Shown one piece after another: positions 9,486 to 17,817 of a stretch of DNA of 32,000 nt. Both the position numbers and the translations under genes were made by a program. Positions within the stretch are counted from its first letter, which is position 1; every line of letters begins with the position of its first letter. The notes under the pieces are model-generated. The model did no database searches, was not told the origin of the DNA, and saw only the letters and a program-made list of their open reading frames with translations. This DNA is from Thermodesulfobacterium commune DSM 2178. GTDB taxonomy: Bacteria > Desulfobacterota > Thermodesulfobacteria > Thermodesulfobacteriales > Thermodesulfobacteriaceae. The stretch is taken from assembly GCF_000734015.1 (NCBI RefSeq), contig NZ_CP008796.1, positions 1,710,001 through 1,742,000 on the forward strand, written 5' to 3'.

Positions 9486-10667
9486 ATGCTAAACATTTCT
9501 TTAGTTCAAATAAAACCAACCTCCGATTTAAAACAAAACGTAGAGACCATTAAAGAGCTTTTAACCAAGGCTAAAGGAAATTTAGTGGTTTTTCCTGAAT
9601 TAGCCCTTACTGGATATGATGTAGATTTAAAAAGTTTAAACCAAGAAAAAGTTTTATCTTTTCTCTTAGAAATAACACAGGTTTTATCAAACGATAAGGT
9701 AGTTCTCCTTGGAGCTCCTTGGTATGATGAAGATAGAATTTTTAATGCAGTTTATCGTTTAACTAGAGATAAGGTAGAACCTTTAGCCCAAAAATTCCTT
9801 CTTTTCCCAGGATTAGACGAGCCTTTTACCCCTGGTGTAGGTACGAGAATTTTTGAATTAGCAGGTTTTTCTTTAGGGGTGTTGATTTGTTTTGAACTTA
9901 GGTCTCCTGAGTTTGCCAGAGACCTTATAAAGGCAGGTGCAGACATTCTTTTGGTGTTTGCTCTTTGGCCTGTAGAAAGGATGAAACACTGGTTGAATCT
10001 AAGCTGGGCAAGGGCTGTTGAAAATCAAACTTATCTGGTTGGGGTCAACGGATGTGGGTTTTCTTTGGTGGTTTCTCCTGAAGGGGAGGTTTTAACTCAG
10101 CTTACGGATAAACAACCAGAGGTCTTTGAGTTTGTGTTGCCAGAAAGGTTTAATCCTCTTATCTATCCGCTTAAAACCCCATTTTTCCCCCAAAAAAACA
10201 AGCTTAAAACCCTTGAAGAACTGAAAAGACATGTGGCTAAAAGAAGGGCTAAGGGTCAAAAGATGGTTTTTACCAACGGATGTTTTGACCTTCTTCATGC
10301 CGGCCATGTAGACTATCTCGAAAAGGCACGGTCTTTAGGAGATTTTTTAGTCATAGGGTTAAACAGCGACCTTTCAGTAAGAAAAATTAAAGGACCAGAA
10401 AGACCAGTTAACCCTCAGGAATTTAGAGCCAGGGTCCTCTCTGGTCTTGAATGTGTGGATTATATAGTTCTCTTTGATGAAGAAACCCCAGAAAGGCTTA
10501 TAAAGGAGCTAAAACCCGATTTTTTAGTAAAAGGATCAGACTGGAAAGAAGACCAGATTGTAGGTGCAGATTTTGTGAAAAGTTATGGAGGAAAAGTTAT
10601 ACGTATCGATTTTTCTTATCAAGTTTCTACTACAGGATTAATAGGTAAGATTAAGCAATCTCATTAA
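9486..10667 (+). CDS. Fusion protein: carbon-nitrogen hydrolase (nitrilase superfamily) domain + RfaE/HldE domain-II-like cytidylyltransferase (heptose-1-phosphate adenylyltransferase type)
   Basis: The N-terminal ~225 aa carry the E-K-C triad context of the nitrilase superfamily (VVFPELALTGY; AQKFLLFP; GVLICFELRSPE). The C-terminal ~150 aa carry the nucleotidyltransferase motif FTNGCFDLLHAGHVDYL and the RfaE-II-like tail (LVKGSDW...GGKV). It is one uninterrupted 393-aa ORF. Confidence 0.75.
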   Translation: MLNISLVQIKPTSDLKQNVETIKELLTKAKGNLVVFPELALTGYDVDLKSLNQEKVLSFLLEITQVLSNDKVVLLGAPWYDEDRIFNAVYRLTRDKVEPLAQKFLLFPGLDEPFTPGVGTRIFELAGFSLGVLICFELRSPEFARDLIKAGADILLVFALWPVERMKHWLNLSWARAVENQTYLVGVNGCGFSLVVSPEGEVLTQLTDKQPEVFEFVLPERFNPLIYPLKTPFFPQKNKLKTLEELKRHVAKRRAKGQKMVFTNGCFDLLHAGHVDYLEKARSLGDFLVIGLNSDLSVRKIKGPERPVNPQEFRARVLSGLECVDYIVLFDEETPERLIKELKPDFLVKGSDWKEDQIVGADFVKSYGGKVIRIDFSYQVSTTGLIGKIKQSH

Positions 10668-10971
10668 GGAGAGTACCTACCATAGCTCTTGCGATCTCTC
10701 TGTTAGAGACGTTATAAGTCCCGGCCTCGATTTGAGCTTTAATTTGAGCAACCTTTTCTTCTCTTATCTCAGGAAGTTGAGAAGCCCTTTTAACAGCTTT
10801 TTCTATTAAGTTTTGAGAAGAAAGCTCTACCACCGCAGGAGAAGCCTCCTTAGCCTTTGCTTCGCCTTCCTTTGGTTTAACCTCTGAAGAAACTACCTCT
10901 TCTCTTTTTTTAGCCTCTTTTAAGTTCTTAAGATTTTCAACGTTTACCCCTAAAAAGTCGTTGATTTTCAT
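10651..10971 (-). CDS. flgM: Anti-sigma-28 factor FlgM
   Basis: 106 aa. The N-terminal part is low-complexity and probably disordered. The C-terminus is FlgM-like: KVAQIKAQIEAGTYNVSNREIARAMV. A sigma-28-type promoter lies upstream. Confidence 0.7.
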   Translation of the reverse strand: MKINDFLGVNVENLKNLKEAKKREEVVSSEVKPKEGEAKAKEASPAVVELSSQNLIEKAVKRASQLPEIREEKVAQIKAQIEAGTYNVSNREIARAMVGTLLNEIA

Positions 10972-11005
10972 TAAATATCACCTCGCTTTTTACGGTTTAT
11001 ATTTT

Positions 11006-11032
11006 ATATCGGAACAAGTTGGTATTTCTTTA
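11006..11032 (-). promoter_or_regulatory. Sigma-28 (FliA/SigD)-type promoter upstream of flgM
   Basis: The minus strand reads TAAA (11032-11029), N15, TCCGATAT (11013-11006). The textbook sigma-D/sigma-28 consensus is TAAA-N15-GCCGATAT/AA, giving 11 of 12 matches. It ends 34 nt upstream of the flgM ATG, with GAGGTG as the SD. Confidence 0.5.
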
Positions 11033-11131
11033 GTCATTTTTTATTATATAATAAACATAAAAAATTTTTTGTCAAACTTTTTAACTAAAAATCTTTTGGG
11101 CTCTGATAAACACCTCAATTTTTTAAAAGTT

Positions 11132-12007
11132 ATGGACAAAAAAACTTTTAGTTTGAAGATAAAAAACAGGTTTTTAAAAGTTTTTTTATTTTTGTTGATA
11201 ACCTTATTGATGACAAGCTCAGGTTACGCTTTAACACTTTTGATAGACAAGGGAGAAAGAACCTTAAAGGTTTTAGAGAATCAGAAAATACAAAAAGTTT
11301 ATCCTGTAGGGTTGGGGTTAGAGAGCCTACTTCCTAAGGAAAAAAGGGGGGACTTTTTAACCCCAGAAGGCCTTTATAAGATAACTGACATAAGACCTTC
11401 TAAAAGCTTTGGTTATTTTATAGAAATAAACTATCCTAACTTAAACGACCTTGGATGGGCATATTACAAAGGGTTTATTTCTAAAGAACAGTTGGTCGTG
11501 TATTTGGAAACCTTTTTAGCTAATGGTAAAGTAGAACATACGCCTTTAGGAAGTAAGATAGGAATACATGGGGGTGGTGTTTATAAGAAAGAAAAGGGGA
11601 AGAAGGATTATTTTTGGACTCAAGGGTGTATTGCTTTGGAGGATAGAGATCTGAGGGACCTTTTAACTAGGATTTCTGAAGGGCAAAAGGTAGTTATCTT
11701 AAACTCACGAAAGCCTCTTTATGAAATATTAAAGAAACTAATTTATCCTGTTAGGATTAAGCCTTTGGATTTTTTGGAAGGTGAGTTATATTTAAAATTA
11801 AATGATTATGTATTTTTAACCTTTGCCCTTAGAGAAACCTATCAAGGAGCTCGGTATTTAGAGATAAAAAAATGGGTGCAAGGGGAACTTAAAGAACAGA
11901 TAAGGAGTGACGAGTTTGGTAAGGTTAATCGAGAAGCCCAACTTAAAAACATCCTTTTAGAAAATTTAGAAAATTTATTAAATCCTTATAAAAATCTGGA
12001 GTTTTAG
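11132..12007 (+). CDS. L,D-transpeptidase-fold protein, YafK(DpaA)-like, with an extra C-terminal domain
   Basis: Start moved to ATG 11132 (MDKKTF...), which yields a signal peptide (FLFLLITLLMTSSGYA). YafK-like motifs are present: GDFLTPEGLYKI, INYPNLND, IGIHGGG and TQGCIAL (catalytic His/Cys). About 110 aa after the catalytic domain are unassigned. Confidence 0.7.
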   Translation: MDKKTFSLKIKNRFLKVFLFLLITLLMTSSGYALTLLIDKGERTLKVLENQKIQKVYPVGLGLESLLPKEKRGDFLTPEGLYKITDIRPSKSFGYFIEINYPNLNDLGWAYYKGFISKEQLVVYLETFLANGKVEHTPLGSKIGIHGGGVYKKEKGKKDYFWTQGCIALEDRDLRDLLTRISEGQKVVILNSRKPLYEILKKLIYPVRIKPLDFLEGELYLKLNDYVFLTFALRETYQGARYLEIKKWVQGELKEQIRSDEFGKVNREAQLKNILLENLENLLNPYKNLEF

Positions 12008-12009
12008 CT

Positions 12010-12858
12010 ATGGTTGAGGTAATAAAAACCATCCCTGAGATGAAGGCCAAGGTTAAAGAGCTAAAAAAACAAGGGTATAAAATAGGTTTTGTACCTACGA
12101 TGGGTTATCTGCATGAAGGCCATCTTTCTTTGGTAAGAAAGGCCAAATCCCTTGCGGATAAAGTAGTAGTAAGCATTTTTGTTAATCCTTTACAGTTTGG
12201 CCCAAGAGAAGATTTTAGAGAATATCCAAGGGATTTAGAACGCGATTTAAGCTTGTTAGAAAAGGAAAATGTAGACGTGGTTTTTGTACCTTCAGAAGAA
12301 GAAATGTATCCCTCGGATTATCAAACCTATGTAGAGGTAGTAAACCTGACTGATAAGTTGTGTGGAGCTTTTAGACCAGGACATTTTAAAGGAGTTACCA
12401 CGGTTGTGTTAAAGCTTTTTAACATCATACAGCCTGATATAGCCGTTTTTGGAGAAAAGGATTATCAACAACTTTTGGTTATAAAACAGATGGTAAAAGA
12501 CTTAAACCTTGATATAGAAATTGTTGGTAGCCCTACTGTAAGAGAGCCAGATGGACTTGCGATGAGTTCAAGAAACATTTATCTATCTCCTAAGGAAAGA
12601 GAATCTGCGGTAAGTTTAAACCGGGCGCTTGAACTTGCTGAAAAATTAGTAAAAGAAGGAGAAAAAAATCCTGAGAAAATAAAGAAAACCCTTTTTGAAT
12701 TCTTAAGAATGCATCCTTACTTAATAGTTCAGTATATAGAGATCGTAGACCCAGAGACTTTGGACCCGGTAGAAGTAATAGAAAAACCTGTGGTTTGTGC
12801 GATCGCTGCTTATGTAGGGAAGGCAAGACTTATAGATAATAGATTGATAAAACCTTAA
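12010..12858 (+). CDS. panC: Pantoate--beta-alanine ligase
   Basis: 282 aa with FVPTMGYLHEGHLSL (HIGH-like motif), FVNPLQFGP and GEKDYQQ. Confidence 0.93.
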   Translation: MVEVIKTIPEMKAKVKELKKQGYKIGFVPTMGYLHEGHLSLVRKAKSLADKVVVSIFVNPLQFGPREDFREYPRDLERDLSLLEKENVDVVFVPSEEEMYPSDYQTYVEVVNLTDKLCGAFRPGHFKGVTTVVLKLFNIIQPDIAVFGEKDYQQLLVIKQMVKDLNLDIEIVGSPTVREPDGLAMSSRNIYLSPKERESAVSLNRALELAEKLVKEGEKNPEKIKKTLFEFLRMHPYLIVQYIEIVDPETLDPVEVIEKPVVCAIAAYVGKARLIDNRLIKP

Positions 12859-12870
12859 ATCCGAGGATAG

Positions 12871-13239
12871 GTGATGCTGATAAAACTGCTAAAAAGTAAA
12901 ATTCATTTAGCCACGATAACTGATAAAAATTTGCTATATGAAGGTTCGTTAACCTTAGATAAAGAACTTATCAAAAAAGCTAATCTTAGACCTTTTGAAG
13001 CTGTATGGATTTACAATATTAACAACGGGATCAGGTTTGAAACCTATCTTATAGAGGGAGAAAAAGGCGAGGTGGTTTTAAACGGAGCAGCCGCAAGGTT
13101 AGGCGAGATCGGAGATAGGATTATCATAGCCTCTTATGCTTGGGTCCCTGAAAATGAGTTAGAAAGCTTTTATACCACTTTAGTTTATTTAGACGAAAAA
13201 AATCAGGTCTTAAATCTTAAAAAGGTTTCTTCTTATTGA
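12871..13239 (+). CDS. panD: Aspartate 1-decarboxylase proenzyme
   Basis: 122 aa with KSKIHLATITDKNLLYEGSLTLD, which contains the G-S self-processing site, and VVLNGAAARLGEIGD. The start is GTG 12871 or ATG 12874. Confidence 0.93.
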   Translation: MMLIKLLKSKIHLATITDKNLLYEGSLTLDKELIKKANLRPFEAVWIYNINNGIRFETYLIEGEKGEVVLNGAAARLGEIGDRIIIASYAWVPENELESFYTTLVYLDEKNQVLNLKKVSSY

Positions 13240-14531
13240 AACTCGTGAGTGAAAAAAGACTGAGGATCTATCCTGTAAGCCTTGGTTGTGCCAAAAACAA
13301 GGCTGATTTTGAAAAGTTACTTGCCCTGTTGATTAAACAAGGGGCAGAAATAGTTCTTGTTCCTGAAGAAGCAACCCACTTTTGGGTTAATACCTGTGCT
13401 TTTATTAAACCGGCGGTAGAAGAATCGTTAGAACATATTTTTGATTTAGGGGAGATTAAAAAACAAGGGCAAGCCCTTATAGTTTCTGGTTGTCTAACAG
13501 GAAGATACGGGGCAGAAAAGTTAAAAGAACTTTTACCTGAGGTAGACGAATTTTACGGGATAGAACCTTATCAGTATTTTGCTAAACAAGAGCCGTATGA
13601 AAGAATACTAACAGAAAATCCCTTTTATGCCTTTTTAAAGATCTCAGAAGGTTGTAATAGAAACTGTGCTTATTGTACCATCCCTCAGATAAGAGGGCGT
13701 CTAAAAAGTAAGCCTGTAGATTTATTGCTAAAGGAAGCCGAGTTTTTACTTACCCTTGGGGTAAAGGAACTTATCTTGGTAGCTCAGGACATAACTTCTT
13801 ATGGTTTAGACCTAAAACCAAAAGTAGATTTAGTAAATCTGGTTAAAACCCTGAGTAAACTTCCTTTTGAGTTTAGGATAAGGTTACTTTATCTTTATCC
13901 TGTGCCTAACCTAAAAAGATTGCTAGAAGATCTTTTATCCATACCTAAGGTAGTTCCTTATTTTGACCTCCCTATCCAGCATGCTCATCCAGAGATTTTA
14001 AAAGCCATGAGAAGGCCTAATCACATAGAGTCTTTGGCAGAAACTATATTTTATCTTAGAACGGTAATCCCAGAGGTTGCGTTCAGGACTACGGTGATGG
14101 TTGGTTTTCCTGGGGAAGGAGAAAAAGAGTTTGAGTTCCTTTGTAATTTTTTACAAGAGATTGAGTTTGATTACTTAGGGGTATTCCCTTTTTATCCTGA
14201 AGAAGGTACCTTAGCTGAAAAACTTCCAGCTAAGGTCCCTTACAGAGAAAGGTTAAGAAGAAGACGGGAAGTTTTGAGACTACAGAAAGAGATTTCTAAA
14301 AAAAGGTTAAAGTTAAGAAAAGGGAAGGAAGAAGAGGTGCTTTTGTTAGGGGAAGATGAAAAAGGAAGATTTTGGGGGATATCTAAAGCTCAAGCCCCTG
14401 AGGTAGACGGTATCACTTATCTTCTTTTGCCTAAAGGCTCAAAACTTAATTTAACTCCAGGAGAATTAATCAAAGGAAAGGTAAAAAAGTCAACCACCTA
14501 TGATTTATATGTTGAGCCTATTATAAAATAA
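13236..14531 (+). CDS. rimO: Ribosomal protein S12 methylthiotransferase RimO (radical-SAM MTTase)
   Basis: 431 aa. It has an N-terminal MTTase domain ([13 protein letters not shown]), the radical-SAM CxxxCxxC motif (CNRNCAYC) and a C-terminal TRAM-like domain. Length and N-terminus fit RimO better than MiaB. The start is TTG 13236 or GTG 13245. Confidence 0.8.
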   Translation: MKLVSEKRLRIYPVSLGCAKNKADFEKLLALLIKQGAEIVLVPEEATHFWVNTCAFIKPAVEESLEHIFDLGEIKKQGQALIVSGCLTGRYGAEKLKELLPEVDEFYGIEPYQYFAKQEPYERILTENPFYAFLKISEGCNRNCAYCTIPQIRGRLKSKPVDLLLKEAEFLLTLGVKELILVAQDITSYGLDLKPKVDLVNLVKTLSKLPFEFRIRLLYLYPVPNLKRLLEDLLSIPKVVPYFDLPIQHAHPEILKAMRRPNHIESLAETIFYLRTVIPEVAFRTTVMVGFPGEGEKEFEFLCNFLQEIEFDYLGVFPFYPEEGTLAEKLPAKVPYRERLRRRREVLRLQKEISKKRLKLRKGKEEEVLLLGEDEKGRFWGISKAQAPEVDGITYLLLPKGSKLNLTPGELIKGKVKKSTTYDLYVEPIIK

Positions 14532-15849
14532 ACTTTGCCAACTCTTGATCTTGTATAATATTTTCTAATTTTTCTCTTACATATTCTGGGGTGATTACTA
14601 CTCTAGTAGGTGCGATATCTGGGGCCTCAAAAGAAATGTCTTCTAAAACTTTTTCCATTACGGTATAAAGTCTTCTTGCACCGATGTTTTCCATCTTTTG
14701 ATTAAGTTCAAAGGCAACTTTAGCAATTTCTTCTATAGCTTCTGGAGTAAAATCTATCTCTACTTGTTCAGTAGCTAACAGGGCTTTGTATTGTTTGATG
14801 ATAGCATTTTCAGTTTCAGTAAGGATTCGGATAAAATCTTCTTTGGTTAAAGGATCCAATTCTACTCTAATAGGAAACCTACCCTGAAGTTCTGGTATCA
14901 AATCCGAAGGTTTAGCGATATGGAAGGCTCCACTTCCGATGAAGAGAATGTAATCTGTTCTTACCATTCCATACTTGGTGTTAACCGTGGTTCCTTCTAC
15001 GATGGGGAGTAAGTCTCTTTGAACCCCTTCCCTTGAAACATCAGGGCCATGCCCTTCTCCTCGACTTGCAATCTTGTCTATTTCATCTATAAAGATGATG
15101 CCGTTTGTCTCCGTCCTTCTTATGGCTTCCTTTATTACCTTGTCCATGTCTATAAGCTTAGCTGCTTCTTCTTTGGTTAAAATCTCTAAGGCTTCTTTCA
15201 CCTTTACTTTTCTTTTTTTAGGTTTAAACGGTAAAATGGTAGAAAGCATATCTCTAAGTTGCATTTCTATTTCTTCTAACCCTGAGGCTGCAAAGATTTC
15301 TATGGTAGGAGGTTTTTGGGAGGCCTCAACTTCAATTTCTACATACCTGTCATTTAAAACCCCATCTCTTAGCATTTTAAGAAATTTTTCCCTGGTGAGA
15401 GGGTCATATTCTACCTTTGAAGAAATAGGAGGTATAAGAAGATCTACCAACCTTTCTTCTGCTAAAGTTTTTGCCTTTTCTAAAACCTTTTTCTCTTCCT
15501 CTTCTCTTACCATTTTAACAGCTATATGGACTAAATCTCTTATCATCGATTCTACGTCTCTACCTACATAACCTACTTCAGTAAACTTGGTGGCCTCTAC
15601 TTTTAGAAAGGGAGCGTTAGAAAGTTTGGCTAACCTTCTTGCTATCTCTGTTTTTCCAACCCCTGTAGGCCCGATCATCAAGATATTTTTAGGATAGATC
15701 TCTTCTTTTAAATCTTCCTTTAACTGTTGTCTTCTCCAGCGGTTACGCATAGCTATGGCAACAGCCTTTTTTGCCCTATCTTGTCCTACGATATACCTGT
15801 TAAGCTCTGCTACGATTTCTCTTGGAGTAAACTCTTTTGGCTCATTCAT
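14521..15849 (-). CDS. hslU: ATP-dependent protease ATPase subunit HslU
   Basis: 442 aa with [19 protein letters not shown], Walker [16 protein letters not shown] and Walker [10 protein letters not shown]. The start overlaps the hslV stop (ATGA). Confidence 0.95.
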   Translation of the reverse strand: MNEPKEFTPREIVAELNRYIVGQDRAKKAVAIAMRNRWRRQQLKEDLKEEIYPKNILMIGPTGVGKTEIARRLAKLSNAPFLKVEATKFTEVGYVGRDVESMIRDLVHIAVKMVREEEEKKVLEKAKTLAEERLVDLLIPPISSKVEYDPLTREKFLKMLRDGVLNDRYVEIEVEASQKPPTIEIFAASGLEEIEMQLRDMLSTILPFKPKKRKVKVKEALEILTKEEAAKLIDMDKVIKEAIRRTETNGIIFIDEIDKIASRGEGHGPDVSREGVQRDLLPIVEGTTVNTKYGMVRTDYILFIGSGAFHIAKPSDLIPELQGRFPIRVELDPLTKEDFIRILTETENAIIKQYKALLATEQVEIDFTPEAIEEIAKVAFELNQKMENIGARRLYTVMEKVLEDISFEAPDIAPTRVVITPEYVREKLENIIQDQELAKFIL

Positions 15850-16373
15850 AGCTCTTCAACCGTTATTTCTGAATTGGTGTAGATACAGATTTCTCCTGCG
15901 ATTTTGATGGCTGTTTCTGCAATTTCTTTGGCAGAAAGCTCAGAATATCTTAGCAAGGCTTTGGCTGCTGCTAAGGCCATCGGACCACCTGAACCTATGG
16001 CAACCACCTCTTCGTCTGGCTCTACCACATCTCCTGCCCCTGAGATGAGGAGGATGTGCTCTTTATCGCAAGCTATAAGAAAGGCTTCAAGCCTTCTTAA
16101 AATTTTATCTGTCCTCCAATCTTTAGCAAGCTCAACCGCAGCTCTTAAAAGCTGTCCTCCATAAGCTTCAAGCTTTTTTTCTAACCTCTCAAACAGGGTT
16201 AAAGCATCTGCCGTAGACCCCGCAAAACCAACCACCACGTTACCTTTATAGAGTTTTCTTATTTTTTTGGCCTTGTGCTTTAAGATGGTATTGCCAAAAG
16301 TGACCTGACCGTCCCCTGCTATGGCTACTTTGCCGTCTTTTTTTACCGCTATCACAGTTGTCCCATGAAACAT
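15846..16373 (-). CDS. hslV: ATP-dependent protease subunit HslV
   Basis: 175 aa with an N-terminal MFHG|[21 protein letters not shown] (catalytic Thr after a short propeptide) and GSGG near the C-terminus. Confidence 0.95.
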   Translation of the reverse strand: MFHGTTVIAVKKDGKVAIAGDGQVTFGNTILKHKAKKIRKLYKGNVVVGFAGSTADALTLFERLEKKLEAYGGQLLRAAVELAKDWRTDKILRRLEAFLIACDKEHILLISGAGDVVEPDEEVVAIGSGGPMALAAAKALLRYSELSAKEIAETAIKIAGEICIYTNSEITVEEL

Positions 16374-16380
16374 GTATCTA

Positions 16381-16389
16381 TTTATACCA
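16381..16389 (-). promoter_or_regulatory. Candidate extended -10 promoter element directly upstream of hslV
   Basis: The minus strand reads TGgTATAAA (complement of 16381-16389). Only 7 nt separate it from the hslV ATG, and no SD is visible in between. Confidence 0.3.
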
Positions 16390-16495
16390 CAAAAACTAAA
16401 ATTAAAAAGTCCTTATATAAATTATAGTTTGTTTGCCTTTAAACTTCTAAGGTTTCAAAGTTAGGTTACATAAAAGGGTTAAGGGGGTATAGTGA

Positions 16496-17554
16496 TTATA
16501 TGACAAAAGGGTCTTCTATCACTAAGACCTTAGCTCCTTTTATCTTACCTTCTTTAAGTTCAAAAAGGGCCTTGGGAGCTTCATAAAAAGGATAACCTAT
16601 AACGTCTGGCTTAAGTTTTAACCTTTTAGCAAGAGACAAAAACTCTTCAAGGTCTTGACAGGTGATGTTAGCCACAGACTTTATCTCTTTTTCAAGCCAC
16701 AGGTCTCTTCCATAATCAAGAAAAAGAAGTTTTTCTTTGTCTTGCTCTTCCTTGCGGATGGCATTTATGATAAACCTTCCGTTTGGTTTTAGATGCTTGA
16801 GGAGAAGTAAAGGGCGCCAGACTGGAGTGGTATCGATTATGGCTTTAAGACCTTCAGGTGGAGTATCTTCAAAGTCTCCTGCCCAATCTGCACCAAGACT
16901 CAGTGCATGTTCTCTTTGTTTAGGGTTTCTGGCAAATACATAGGTTTTGACTTTAGGAAATAGGGCTTTTACCAGTTTTAGGACTAAATGGTTTGAGGCT
17001 CCAAAACCAGAAAGCCCTAAGGTTTCTCCTTCTTCACCTTTTAGCTGAGTAAGCTTTAGAGCTCTATATCCGATAGCCCCTGCACAAAATAAAGGTGCAG
17101 CTTCCATAAGTGTTAACCCCTCAGGGATGGCGAAGGCAAAAGTTTCTTTTATCTTAAAATATTCTGCATACCCTCCATTAACGTCTTTACCTGTAGCTTT
17201 GAATTCTTGACAAAGGTTCTCTAAGCCTCTTTCACAATATTCACACCTTTGGCAAGAACTATAAATCCAACCAGCTCCTACTTTATCTCCTATCTTAAAT
17301 TTTTCCACTTTTGGCCCTACCTCAACTACCTCTCCCACTATTTGGTGCCCTGGAACAACAGGTAAAATGTCTGGTGTGGCTCGCCCTTCAATTTCGTCAA
17401 GCTCTGTATGGCAAATCCCACAAAAGTAGACCTTAACCAAAATTTCGTCCTCCTCAACCTCTGGAACAGGAAGTTCAACCAGCTTTAAAGAATCGGGTGA
17501 GAGGAGCCCAACCTTATCGATTACCCAGGCCTTCATCTTTTTTCCCTTCTCCAT
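16496..17554 (-). CDS. Zinc-dependent alcohol dehydrogenase (MDR family)
   Basis: Catalytic Zn motif CGICHTELDE...GHQIVGEVVEVG, structural Zn motif CQRCEYCERGLENLC and Rossmann motif GLSGFGASNH. The ORF track starts at TTG 17560, but GGAGG (complement of 17561-17565) abuts that TTG and lies 6 nt from ATG 17554. I therefore prefer 17554 as the start. Confidence 0.85.
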   Translation of the reverse strand: MEKGKKMKAWVIDKVGLLSPDSLKLVELPVPEVEEDEILVKVYFCGICHTELDEIEGRATPDILPVVPGHQIVGEVVEVGPKVEKFKIGDKVGAGWIYSSCQRCEYCERGLENLCQEFKATGKDVNGGYAEYFKIKETFAFAIPEGLTLMEAAPLFCAGAIGYRALKLTQLKGEEGETLGLSGFGASNHLVLKLVKALFPKVKTYVFARNPKQREHALSLGADWAGDFEDTPPEGLKAIIDTTPVWRPLLLLKHLKPNGRFIINAIRKEEQDKEKLLFLDYGRDLWLEKEIKSVANITCQDLEEFLSLAKRLKLKPDVIGYPFYEAPKALFELKEGKIKGAKVLVIEDPFVI

Positions 17555-17672
17555 ATCCAACCTCCGTAATCTATGCGTTGTTTTTAAGAATAATATGAAA
17601 ACTTAGATAATAAAGAGAAGAAAAATCCTTTAAAACAAACATAAAATTATAGTTTTTTTAATCTCATTAAAC

Positions 17673-17700
17673 TTGACAAGGTAATATTTTATGTTATACA
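17673..17700 (+). promoter_or_regulatory. Candidate sigma-70-type promoter of the receptor/ABC/chelatase operon
   Basis: TTGACA (17673-17678), 16-nt spacer, TATACA (17695-17700) preceded by TG at 17692-17693 (extended -10). It lies ~118 nt upstream of ATG 17818. The whole region is very AT-rich, so chance matches are likely. Confidence 0.4.
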
Positions 17701-17817
17701 AATTTTAAAAATAAACATTTTTACAAAAACTTTTAAAACACATATAAAATAATTTGTGAAAATTTTAAGATTATTTTAAAAAATAGCTATAAAATAAAAG
17801 TTTTAGGAGGTAGAGAC

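Noticed and set aside
10961-11131. Upstream extension of the L,D-transpeptidase ORF to ATG 10961
   Set aside because: The extension would overlap the flgM start and run through the AT-rich divergent promoter region, including the sigma-28 promoter. It encodes a low-complexity I/F/Y/N-rich peptide. ATG 11132 instead gives a proper signal peptide.
15074-15571. 165-aa plus-strand ORF inside hslU, plus similar ORFs at 15904-16164, 1259-1444, 1878-2141, 6539-6856, 7863-8153, 8882-9267, 9752-10307, 12590-12826 and 16737-16943
   Set aside because: All lie antisense within strongly supported genes. They are Ser/Leu/Phe-rich, as expected for the complement of K/E-rich coding sequence, and have no SD or motifs.
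17561-17817. Cobalamin riboswitch or Fur box upstream of the TonB-dependent receptor
   Set aside because: The region lacks any GC-containing B12-box-like core or stable helices. My best alignment to the 19-bp Fur consensus GATAATGATAATCATTATC (around 17588-17610) matched only about 8 of 19 positions, which is indistinguishable from AT-rich background.
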